A model generated the notes under the pieces. The model did not search any database, was not told the origin of the DNA, and saw nothing but the letters and a program-made list of their open reading frames with translations. This document shows, piece after piece, positions 20,601-30,103 of a stretch of DNA of 64,000 nucleotides; the first letter of the stretch is position 1; each line of letters opens with the position of its first letter. The position numbers were made by a program, and so were the translations under genes. Origin of the DNA: a bacterium (GTDB taxonomy: Bacteria; UBA8248); NCBI GenBank assembly GCA_965261085.1, contig OZ253442.1, positions 1,408,001 to 1,472,000 on the forward strand. The letters are read 5' to 3'.

Positions 20601-23527
20601 CGTTGGCCCACTGCGGGTACGCGGGCTGGGGGCTGCACAACTGCACCCACAACGAGGATGCGGGGGTACGCTGCTGGAACGTGGAGGACAGCGCCATGGC
20701 CGGTGCGCGGGCGCTGAAGGCGCGGTTCGTGTCGCCGCCGGAGCGGCACGACGGCTCGGGCCGGGTCAAGGTTCGGGTGGCGTTCAGCGAGGCGATCGAG
20801 GAGAGCCCGGAGAACGTGGGCGAGCACGGGGTGAAGGTCGAGGGCGGCCGGGTGACGTCGGTGCGCCGGGTGGACAACCGGCCGGCCGGGGGCGCGGGGG
20901 CGCGTTCGGCGGGCCGTTCGGGTGGCGGGCAGGAAGACGGGCAGGAAGACGGGGAGAGCGTGTGGGAGTTCGAGATCGAGCCGGGCTCGGCCGAGGACCT
21001 GACGATGCGGATCGACGCGGGGCGTCCGTGCGACGAGGCGGGCGCGATCTGCACGGCGGACGGGCGTTCGCTGTCGGAGGGGATCGTGACGACGCTCGAG
21101 GGTCCGGACCCGGTAGCGCTGACGGCGGAGTTCCAGGGCGTGCCGGAGGCGCATGACGGGGAGGACGCGTTCCGCTTCCGGGTGGCGTTCAGCGAGGACA
21201 TCGGGATCGGCTTCCGGACGATGCGCGACGACTCGTTCACGGTGAGCGGGGGCGAGGTGACCGGGGCGCGGCGGGTGGACGGGCGCAATGACCTGTGGGA
21301 GATCACGGTCGCGCCCGAGACGGACGGGGCGGTGACGATCACGCTGCCGGGCGGGCGCGAGTGCGCGGTCTCCGGGGCGATCTGCACCCGGGGCGAGAAC
21401 CGGCGGCTGTTGACCAACACGTCGGCGGCCACGGTGGCCGGCCCGGTGGTCGAGGCGGCGGTCGCGCCGCTGACGGCGAGTTTCGTGCAGGCGCCGGCGG
21501 AGCATGACGGGTCGAGCCCGTTCAAGCTCCGGATCGGGTTCAGCGAGGGCATCTCGATCAGTTTCCGGACGTTCCGCGACGCCTCGGTGTCGGTGGCCGG
21601 GGGGAGCATGACCGGGGCGAAGCGGGTGGACGGGCGCAAGGACCTGTGGGAGGTGACGGTCAGGCCGGGTTCGATTAGCGATGTGACGGTGACGCTCGAA
21701 GGCGGGCGCGCCTGCGGTACGCCGGGGGCGGTGTGCACCGGCGACGGGCGGGTGCTGTCGGCGACGATCTCGACGAGGGTTCCGGGTCCGCCGGGTCTCT
21801 CGGTGGCGGATGCGGAGGTGGAGGAGGAACCGGACGCGGCGCTTGCCTTCGCGGTGACGCTCAGCCGGGCGCCTTCGGGGGCGGTGACGGTGGACTACGC
21901 GACGGCCGACGGGACGGCGAAGGCGGGCGCCGACTACACGGCGGTGAGCGGCACGCTGACCTTCGCGCCGGGTGAGAGGACGAAGACGGTATCGGTCGCT
22001 GTGCTCGACGATGCGCACGACGAGGGGCGGGAGACGCTGACGCTCACGCTCTCGAACGCCTCGGGGGCGTATATAGAGGACGGTACGGCGACGGGGACGA
22101 TCAAGAACACCGACCACATGCCCAAGGCGTGGCTGGCGCGCTTCGGGCGCACGGTCGCGGAGCAGGTGCTGGAAGCGGTGGGCGCGCGCATCGAGGGAAA
22201 TTCAAATTCTCCGGGTCCGGCGCGGTTGACGCTCGGCGGCCACCAGGTGGTCCTGGGCGCTTCCTGGCCCGGAGCGGAGGGGACTCTCCTCGGAGCAGGC
22301 GTCCTCGGGCCGGACTTGAGGGAGACGAAGGACCTTCTCCGGGTGGAGGCGGACGATTCGCCCGCGCAAGAGATATCGACGGCCGGGCTGCTGATGGCGA
22401 GTTCGTTTCATATGGCCTCGGCAGGTGGCGAGGATGAGTCCGGGCGCTGGTCGCTGTGGGCCCGGGGGTCGCGCGCGAGCTTCAGCGGCAAGGAGGACGC
22501 GCTCACGCTCGAGGGGGACGTCTCGACGGGCGTGATGGGTGCGGACTACGAGCGGGGCAGGGTCCTGGCGGGCGTGGCGCTCGCCTACAGCACGGGGGAG
22601 GGTTCCTACACGGAGGCCGACGCGCGGGGCGAGGTGGAATCGACGCTCTTAAGCGCCTACCCCTATCTGCGCTACACGTTGAGTGATCGCCTCTCGGTCT
22701 GGGGCGTCCTGGGCCTGGGCGAGGGCGGGTTGACGCTCGAGGTGGAGAACACGGGGGGGATAGTGGAGCGCATGGAGACCGACATCTCCATGGGGATGGC
22801 GGCGTTCGGGGCCAGGGGCAAGCTCGCATCCGTCGCGGGCTACGACCTTGCGGTCAAGACCGACGTCCTCTTCGTGCGGACCGAGTCGGAAGCGGTGACG
22901 GGACTCGCCGCGGCGGATGCGCAGACGCGGCGCCTGCGCCTGGCGCTGGAGGGTTCGCGCGAGGTGAAGTTCGAGGGCGGCAGTGTCCTCACGCCCTCCC
23001 TTGAAATAGGGCTTCGCCACGACGGAGGCGACGCGGAGACGGGAAGCGGCGTGGAACTGGGCGGCGGCCTGCGCTGGACGAATTCCGGGGGTCTCACGAT
23101 GGAGGTGCGCGCAAGGGGCCTCATCGCGCACGAGGAGCGTGATTATGAGGAATGGGGCGTGAGCGCCTCGCTCGCCCTCTCCCCCGGGGAGGAGGGCCGT
23201 GGGGTCTCCGTGCGGGTCGGCTCCACCTGGGGCGCGTCATCGAGCGGAGTGGGCCGCCTCTGGTCGCAGCGAGCGGTGGCGGGCGGGGAGTTCGACCCCG
23301 ACGCGGGCCTGAACGCGGAGGTGGGCTACGGGCTGGACGCGATGCGCGGCCTCCTGACGCCCTACACGGGCGTGGCGCTCACCGGGGGCGGGGAGACCTG
23401 GCGGGCGGGAGCGCGCTGGAAACTCGGTCCCGCCTTCGCCCTGAACCTCGAGGCCACGCTCGCCGAACCCGAAGGGGACGGTGAGCACGAAGCCGGGCTC
23501 GTCCTGAGGGGTTCGAAGAGGTGGTAG
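17695..23527 (+). pseudogene. Giant autotransporter adhesin (FN3, LRR, cadherin-like beta-sandwich x2, SRCR, three Cys-containing Ig-like repeats, Calx-beta, beta-barrel), frame broken at ~19612
   Basis: Long signal peptide ending AHA, 24-aa LRRs (LxxLxLxxNxLxxLPxxxFxxL), 'AEVTVTPT...LxEGxNVIKVKVTAxDGTT' repeats, SRCR 'EGRVEIFHAGRWGTVCDD', Calx-beta 'VTVDYATADGTAKAGADY', 'AWLARFGRTVA' linker, terminal Trp. Split into ORFs 17635-19872 and 19628-23527. Confidence 0.85.
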
Positions 23528-23687
23528 TCGGACCCGAGCGGAGAGGGAGGGTTTGCCGACCGGGAGGTCGCCGGGGCAATCCCGCGCGCGCCTCCGGGAA
23601 TCGTGAACGTGGAGTGAAAGGATGCGGGCGAGGGCCCGCGGAACACCGGGGACCGGGTTCCCCGGATTACCGGAAAGGAATATCACC

Positions 23688-24116
23688 ATGACGGACGACA
23701 CCGGACCGGGCCGTAACGGGATCGACATGATCGGCGAACTCGTCGAGCTGATCCCCGGCACGGGAGATGACGACAACGAGATCGGCGAGCCTTTCTGGGT
23801 GGAGCATCGCACCGAAGAAGGCGTAAAGACCACGCACCTGCGCATCGTGCGGGTGTGCGACGACTCGATGGAGCCTGAGTTGCGCGAGGGCGAATGGGTC
23901 GTGGTCGACCTCGAGAGCCGGCGCCCGGAGGCGGGAGGAAAGTTCCTGGTCAGGCTCGGGGAGAGGCTGGTGGTCAGACAAGCCGAGGCGATGCCCGGCG
24001 ATGGAGCGGAGGACGAACGCCTGAGGTTCATCCCCGCCAACCCCGCCTACGCCCCCTGCTTCGCAGAAGACGTCGAGGTCCTCGGCGAGGTGGAGTGGGA
24101 GGTCAAGCGGCCGTGA
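23688..24116 (+). CDS. Stand-alone S24 (LexA C-terminal-like) domain protein
   Basis: 'VRVCDDSMEPELREGEWVVVD', 'IPANPAY', 'VLGEVEW'. GAAAGGA RBS, no HTH domain. Confidence 0.7.
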   Translation: MTDDTGPGRNGIDMIGELVELIPGTGDDDNEIGEPFWVEHRTEEGVKTTHLRIVRVCDDSMEPELREGEWVVVDLESRRPEAGGKFLVRLGERLVVRQAEAMPGDGAEDERLRFIPANPAYAPCFAEDVEVLGEVEWEVKRP

Positions 24117-24265
24117 GGAACAGGCGCCTGACGCCCTGCGCCGGTAGAGGAAAGCGGCCCCTCCCGCGAAGCCGCAAGGCCATGAACGGATCGCGGGGAA
24201 CCGTGTGACGGCGGATGTCGTGGCGGAGTTCCCGATTGCCTGGATGACCCGGAAGAAAGACTCCC

Positions 24266-24595
24266 ATGACGGACTGCATCATCAACGGCGGTGCGGGCGA
24301 GGAGGCCCAGGCCGGAGACCTCATCAAGCCGGGTCCCGCCACGGGAGATGAAGAGCCCGGCGAGCCTTTCCGGGTGACGTATCGCACCGACGAAGGCGAA
24401 GATACCACACACCTGCGCATCCTCGATGTGGAGGGCGACTCGATGGAGCCTGAGATACGCGAGGACGAACGCCCGAGGCTCCGGCTCATCCCCGCAGACC
24501 ATTCTCCCAGCCGCGCAGAAGACGTCCATATCCGCGACAAGGTGTTGTGGGTGGTGCGGCGGGTGGTGCGGACGGGATGCCGGCGCCCCGGATGA
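24266..24595 (+). pseudogene. S24-like paralogue with an internal deletion
   Basis: 'VEGDSMEPEIRE' jumps directly to 'RLRLIPAD'. Strong DNA similarity to 23688-24116. Confidence 0.65.
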
Positions 24596-24798
24596 TGCTC
24601 CGTAGCTCGTGTCCGCCGTCGGTTCCGGCGCCATGGTGGTGTGAACGGCCGGAAGTGTTCCTCCTTACGGAACGCACATAAATGCCTTTCGCCCGCTTTC
24701 AGACAGTGGGGGATTTCCAACGGGCGGGGAATCCTTATAGTTTGTTGAAAGTATTGAGGGTATTGGTTTTTTCGAGTTTCGATTGAGACCCGGTTTTT

Positions 24799-24851
24799 GC
24801 AATATGTAATCAAAGCGGTAGCGGGTGAATTCAAACTCGTGCGCAACCTGG
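24799..24851 (+). repeat. ~53-bp diverged direct repeat, copy 2
   Basis: Matches 16857-16909. Confidence 0.7.
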
Positions 24852-25045
24852 AGCATTCCTGTCGGAGCGTCTTCGTATCCGTTCGTTCGTCCCGTGGTGG
24901 GCGTGGTTCCGCACGGTGACGTTTGGGGAATGGCGGTATGGCAGTTGATCTGCTCTTCGTGGTGACCAGCCCCACGTCCCAGGAGACGCACCTCGCCCGC
25001 TTGGCGGCCCATGTGCGCTACCCCCTCGCCGAGCTGAGCTAGTCC

Positions 25046-26872
25046 CTAGTCCTCGACCATGTAGGCCAAGCACCAGGCGCCCAGCCCCAGGTGGGTGGCG
25101 AAGATCGGGGCCGTGGGGCCGCCGAGGATGTCCACGTCGCCGTAGCGCGCGTGCAGGGCGGCCGAGACCTGCTCGACGATCTCCGGGCACCCGACGTGCA
25201 CCACGCCGAAGCGGAGTTTCTTTGCACCGGCCGGGATGCGGTCCTCCAGAAGACCGAGAACCGCCGGAAGCACCTTTTTGCGGCCGATCACCTTGCCGAC
25301 CGGAACGACCTTCCCCTCCTCGGTCAGCGACAGGATGGGCTTCACCCCCAGCATGCCCCCGAACCAGGCCTGGCCCTTTCCCACCCTCCCCGAGTGCAGC
25401 AGGCGGTCGAAGGTGTCCACGGTGGCGAAAATGCCGGACTGGTCGCGCACGCGGGAGAGTTCGGCCAGGATCTCGCCGGCGCTCGTCCCGCTCTCCGCCA
25501 GTTCCGCCGCCTTCAGCACGAGCAGCCCCTCGAGAATCGACACTCCGCAGGAGTCGAAGAGGTGTACCGGCGCCTCGTCGAAGGTCCGCGCCGCCGCTTC
25601 CGCAGAACCGAAGGTGCCGGACACGCCGCTTCCAAGCACGACGCCCAGGATCTGGTCGCCGTCCTCGGCGGCCCGCGCGAAGCCGTCCACGAAGGCCTGC
25701 GGCGGAGGCTGCGAGGTTGTGGGCAGTTCTCCGCCGGCGTCGCGCATCTTCTCGTGGAATTCCTCCGCGGTGATGTCGATGCCGTCGCGCAGGGGGCGGC
25801 CTCCGTCCACTAGCACGACCGGGACCACGTGGATGCCGTGGGCGCGGATGATGTCTTCGGGGAGATCGTTGCCGCTGTCGGTCACGATCGCGAAGGGACG
25901 CCGCACCAGGGTCTGATGGCCGCCCCCGCCGTGGCGCGCCGCCGCGTGCTGGGCGCGCATGTCCTCGGCTTTCTTCGTGGCGAGCCTGCCCAGCGTGCGC
26001 AGGTAGGAGAAGACTCCATCAGGACCGTCCGTGTGCACGTGCACCTTGAGCAGTGTGTCGGAGCTGACCACGATTATGGAATCGCCATGGCGGCGCAGTT
26101 CCTCACGCACGATCGCGGACGCCGGCAGCCCCTCGCCGCGCACCAACGCCTCGGTGCAGTAGCGGTACTGCTCCTCATTCTCGGGATACTCGACCTCGGC
26201 GACGGTCGCCGGGACCTGCGCGTAATCCGTCTCGTCTCCGGTGGCGACGATCGGGTCCCCGTTGATGAGCAGGAGCACGCCCTCCAGCATGTGCACGAAA
26301 CCGCGGCCGCCGGCGTCCACCACCCCCGCTGCCTTGAGCACCGGGAGCAGCGAGGGCGTGCGCTCGAGCGACTCGCGCGCGGCGTCCACCAGCCGGTCGA
26401 CGCAGAGGACGAAGTCCGTGGCGGAGCTCTCCTTCGCAGCGTTCGCGGTGTCCCGGATGACGGTCAGAATGGTGCCCTCGACCGGGTTGTCGAGCGCGTT
26501 GTAGAGGTTGTCGATGCCCCCGCCCAGCGCCTCGGCGAACCCGCGCGGGTCCACGCGCTCGCGTCCCTTCAGGTGGGCCGCGAAGCCCAGCAGGAAGTGC
26601 GACAGCATCATCCCGCTGTTGCCGCGCGCACCCAGTAGCGCCGCTTCGGCTGCATCGTCCGCGACGGCGGAAACTGCCCGGTCGCGGTTGCGCCGCAGGC
26701 GGTCCGCGATGGCCTCCACGGTAAGGCCCAGGTTGGTGCCGGTGTCGCCGTCGGGCACCGGAAAGACGTTGATGCGGTTCAATTCCTGCCGCTGCTGGCG
26801 GGTATACTCGCAGGCGGCGACCAGAGACCGGCGCAGGCGCGGTCCGTCCAGATAGGCGATGTGAGCACTCAA
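25046..26872 (-). CDS. DAK2 (FakA-like)-DegV (FakB-like) fusion protein
   Basis: 'LNRINVFPVPDGDTGTN', 'GARGNSG', 'PVEGTILTV', 'VVDAGG', 'KVHVHT', then DegV 'IVTDSG', 'TTSQP', 'SGT', 'ATHLG'. TTG start inferred. Confidence 0.88.
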   Translation of the reverse strand: MSAHIAYLDGPRLRRSLVAACEYTRQQRQELNRINVFPVPDGDTGTNLGLTVEAIADRLRRNRDRAVSAVADDAAEAALLGARGNSGMMLSHFLLGFAAHLKGRERVDPRGFAEALGGGIDNLYNALDNPVEGTILTVIRDTANAAKESSATDFVLCVDRLVDAARESLERTPSLLPVLKAAGVVDAGGRGFVHMLEGVLLLINGDPIVATGDETDYAQVPATVAEVEYPENEEQYRYCTEALVRGEGLPASAIVREELRRHGDSIIVVSSDTLLKVHVHTDGPDGVFSYLRTLGRLATKKAEDMRAQHAAARHGGGGHQTLVRRPFAIVTDSGNDLPEDIIRAHGIHVVPVVLVDGGRPLRDGIDITAEEFHEKMRDAGGELPTTSQPPPQAFVDGFARAAEDGDQILGVVLGSGVSGTFGSAEAAARTFDEAPVHLFDSCGVSILEGLLVLKAAELAESGTSAGEILAELSRVRDQSGIFATVDTFDRLLHSGRVGKGQAWFGGMLGVKPILSLTEEGKVVPVGKVIGRKKVLPAVLGLLEDRIPAGAKKLRFGVVHVGCPEIVEQVSAALHARYGDVDILGGPTAPIFATHLGLGAWCLAYMVED

Positions 26873-26920
26873 CGGCGTCTCCCGGTTGGCGCACCGGAGG
26901 AAAGCCGGGACCACGGACCC

Positions 26921-27135
26921 TCAGTAGCGCCCGCGAGCCCGTTCCCTGCCCGGCGGGAGCTCCAGGTTGGTGGTCCACCACCCGGTGCGAATCGTCGTGA
27001 CGAACTCCTCACTGATGCCCTCTCTCGCCATTTCGCGAGCCGGCGCCTCGTGATCGTAGCGGACCGGAACATGCTCCACTTCCAGCCGGTCCGCGTCCGT
27101 GGATAGCGTAGCATACCAGACGCAGGTTCGCCCGT
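26921..27135 (-). pseudogene. C-terminal fragment of a probable metallophosphoesterase
   Basis: 'GRTCVWYATL...VRYDH...EFVTTIRTGWWTT' resembles YfcE-type phosphoesterase C-termini. The 5' part is replaced by AT-richer DNA. Confidence 0.45.
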
Positions 27136-27605
27136 AGATGGCCGGCAAAAATGCCATTCCGCGCCACCAATTGGTCCTTAATCATCCGGATCGGCGCTAT
27201 GATGGCTGTCAATCGAAGGAGAATTGCACGGCGAGCGGTTTCGAGATACACTCAACGGGCTGGGAGGGTTCCATATGGGGAATCTCGAGTGAAATACTCC
27301 GTTGGGACCGTGCTGACCAGTCCGAACTAGATCGCGAACACCCGATCTGCTTCCTGTTATCGTCGTCTTGGGATGAGACTCGATGGGCGGTTGTACCTCA
27401 CTTTGAACCTCGTGCATGGGTTGAGAGGTCCCAAGGAGTGGTCGCGTTTGTTCTGGACATGCGAGACTACACCAAAGACAAGTACCAAGGGATCAACTTC
27501 TGCCGGGTCGTCTGTTGGAATTCAACAGCCCTAGCGAGGCGGAGCGGTAGCCTCACGAGGCCGGGGCGCATACAAGGGAAAAGATTATAGGTTAGCCGTA
27601 TCACT

Positions 27606-28304
27606 ATGACGAAACGGACCATAATCTCACTCATGAAGATCGTGCCCTGTGTAGAGAGAGCCGAGCAGTTTCTCAATGGGCAACTCTACTGCAACACTCT
27701 TTCCTTCTTGCGCGAAAATTTCGACGAGTACGAAGGAACCGTCCCACTCTCCGGAATACTGCGGATCGGCGATTACGAAGTCCCCAAAGAAGACTTGGCC
27801 GAACCGCCGCTACTGATACCTAACTTGGTATCTGACCTGAACGTGTTCTGCATGTTCTGCTGGGCGTCTCCTAAAGCAGGTGGCGACAATATCCTCTTTG
27901 ACCCGGAATGTCAGCTCGGGAGCATCCGAATCTTGGAGCAAACGTTCGGCACGCACACTGTCGTAGTAAAGAATGTTACGGAATTCTTCCGAAGGGCAGA
28001 CAAGGCGTTGGAACATTCATACAACGGGGTGCTCCGATCGGTTTGTGGTATTGTCGATTACGTCGAACCAAGTACGGGCGAAATACCACCGACCTCACTT
28101 TTGGCTTTGCTGAAAGTCGCCCTTCGAAAGCGGAAAAGTTTTGCCAACGAGAAGGAGTATAGGTTCGTCTATTTGACTGGCCGTGAGCCTGCTGGACCAT
28201 TCATCTTGAACATCGGAGACATCCACGACATCGCATTCCGAATGAGGACGCAAGATGTGTACGACCGGGTAGAGATAAACGGTCGACCGCTCTCCGGCCT
28301 TTAG
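27606..28304 (+). CDS. Hypothetical protein (DUF2971-like KxxxFxxExEYR motif)
   Basis: Clean 232-aa ORF, lower GC than its flanks, motif 'RKRKSFANEKEYRFV'. Confidence 0.6.
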   Translation: MTKRTIISLMKIVPCVERAEQFLNGQLYCNTLSFLRENFDEYEGTVPLSGILRIGDYEVPKEDLAEPPLLIPNLVSDLNVFCMFCWASPKAGGDNILFDPECQLGSIRILEQTFGTHTVVVKNVTEFFRRADKALEHSYNGVLRSVCGIVDYVEPSTGEIPPTSLLALLKVALRKRKSFANEKEYRFVYLTGREPAGPFILNIGDIHDIAFRMRTQDVYDRVEINGRPLSGL

Positions 28305-28544
28305 TCACTCGACCTTCATGAGCCTAGTTTTATTCGGACGGGAACCCGGCGTAGCCTGGAGGAGTCCCAGTGCCTCGTGCTGAAGCGCAGAAGCCGAGTC
28401 ACCGGAAGACCTACTGGAAGCGCCGCACCGAGACTGTTAAGCCGGGTTAATCCAGATGGACACCCCATGTCCGACGTCCCAGAAGGTAGACATGAACTTG
28501 CGATTGATCATAGGGAGCAACTCCGATACTTTCACAGTCTCATG

Positions 28545-28858
28545 TGGGGGGCCGACACCCGCGAGCGCGCGCAGAACGCGTTCGAACGCTTCCTCGCCAC
28601 CTGGGAGGCGAAGTACCCCAGGGCCGCCGAATGCCTGGCGAGGGACCGGGAGGAGTTGCTCGCCTTCTACGACTTCATGGCGGCGCACTGGCAGAGTCTA
28701 CGGACGACGAACCCCATCGAGTCGACCTTCGCTACGATACGATTGCGAACGGCGAAGACCAGGAACTGCCTGAGCGAGAAGACGGCGTTGAGTCTGGTTC
28801 ACCAACTCGCCATGAGCGCCCAGAAGCGGTGGCGCCGGCTACGCGGCTTCCGTCATCT
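28545..28858 (+). mobile_element. IS256-family transposase C-terminal fragment
   Basis: 'LLAFYDF..AHWQSLRTTNPIESTFATIRLRT', highly similar to 34915-35228. Confidence 0.9.
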
Positions 28859-29137
28859 TCCGCGCCGCCTGGGCGAGGCCACCCCGTTGGCGGGCCGTTC
28901 GCGTCCTGCTAGACTGGGGCTGGGCCCACAGACCCACAGAATTAGATAGCTCAGGTCTCGCTGAGGGCCGGGACGTGCGCCGGCCCTCACGGACCCGTTC
29001 GGGTTTCGCTTCCCGCACGTACGGGCGCGATGGTTTTGTAGCCCCTCCTCGGGATTGTCCTGCCCTCCGTGGTTGTCCTTCGTCAGGACAGGCTGGAGGC
29101 CTGTCCCTGCGCGAGACGAGACGCTTCCGCAGGGGCG

Positions 29138-30078
29138 TCAGTAGATCGGGGTGAGAACGTCGGCGAAATTCGGGTCCTTGCCGCGGGTGGCGCGGAAGAA
29201 CGCTTCCTGAAGCTCCCGGGTGAGAGGGCCGGGCTTCCCATCGCCGACCGGGATCCGGTCCACCGAGACGACGGGCGTCACTTCCTCCGCCGAGCCGCAG
29301 ATCAGGATCTCGTCCGCGAGATAGAGCTCGGTGCGGTCCACCTCCCGCTCCACCGCCGGGCGGTTTCGGACCTTCGCGAAGAGCCCCATCAAGGTGGCGC
29401 GGGTGATCCCTTCCAGAATTCCCGCCGTCACGGAAGGCGTGATCAACTGCCCGTCGCGTACCAGCATCACGTTCGCGCCCGACGCCTCGGCGAGCTTGCC
29501 GTCCCGGTTGAGGATGAGGGCGTCGTCGTAGCCGTTGACGCGCGCCTCCACCCCGGCGAGGCGGCTGTTCTGGTAGTTGGACCCGACCTTCACCCGGGCC
29601 GGAATCGAATCGTCGTGGATGCGCCGCCAACTGCTGACGCAGACGTGAATGCCGTGCCGGAGGGCGTCGTCGTGGGGGCGGCCCCCCCCGCCACCCACGC
29701 ACCGATCTCGATCTCCTCCGGCCGGTACTTCTTGACGTCCCCGGCACCGCCGAATCCGAAGTACGTCACCAGACGCATGTGGACGTCCTCCCGGAACCGT
29801 TTCGCGCGCGCCCAGTCGAGGACCGCCTGCCGGTACTCGTCGAAACCGTAGGGGGACGTCATCCGCATGATCTTCATGTTGACTAACAGGCGCTCGAGGT
29901 GCTGATCCAGCTTCCAGACGAAGAGGTTGTCCCGCACCTCGTCCCAATAGGCCCGCAAACCCTCGTAGACGTTCGCTCCGCGCATGGCGGTGGCGGTGAG
30001 GACGCTCACCTTGGCGTCCTCGGGCGCGACCATGCCGCCGTCGAGCCAGACCTGGAATCGCTCCGAATCCTTGCTCAT
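29138..30078 (-). pseudogene. Class IV (branched-chain/D-amino acid) aminotransferase, frameshifted
   Basis: 'NVYEGLRAY' in one frame; 'ARVKVGSNYQNS', 'EASGAN', 'ILEGITR' in another. The shift is near the C8 run at 29682-29689 and may be a sequencing error. Confidence 0.85.
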
Positions 30079-30103
30079 GCTCCCTCCGTCTCTCTCGGCC
30101 CTG

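Noticed and set aside
20207-22117. Long antisense ORFs (also 29984-31564, 32217-33986, 12822-13793, 2794-3885)
   Set aside because: These are shadow ORFs of high-GC genes and have no recognisable motifs.
29682-29689. Phase variation of the aminotransferase via a G8 tract
   Set aside because: Several other single-base shifts in the island (IS256, helicase) make sequencing error or decay equally likely.
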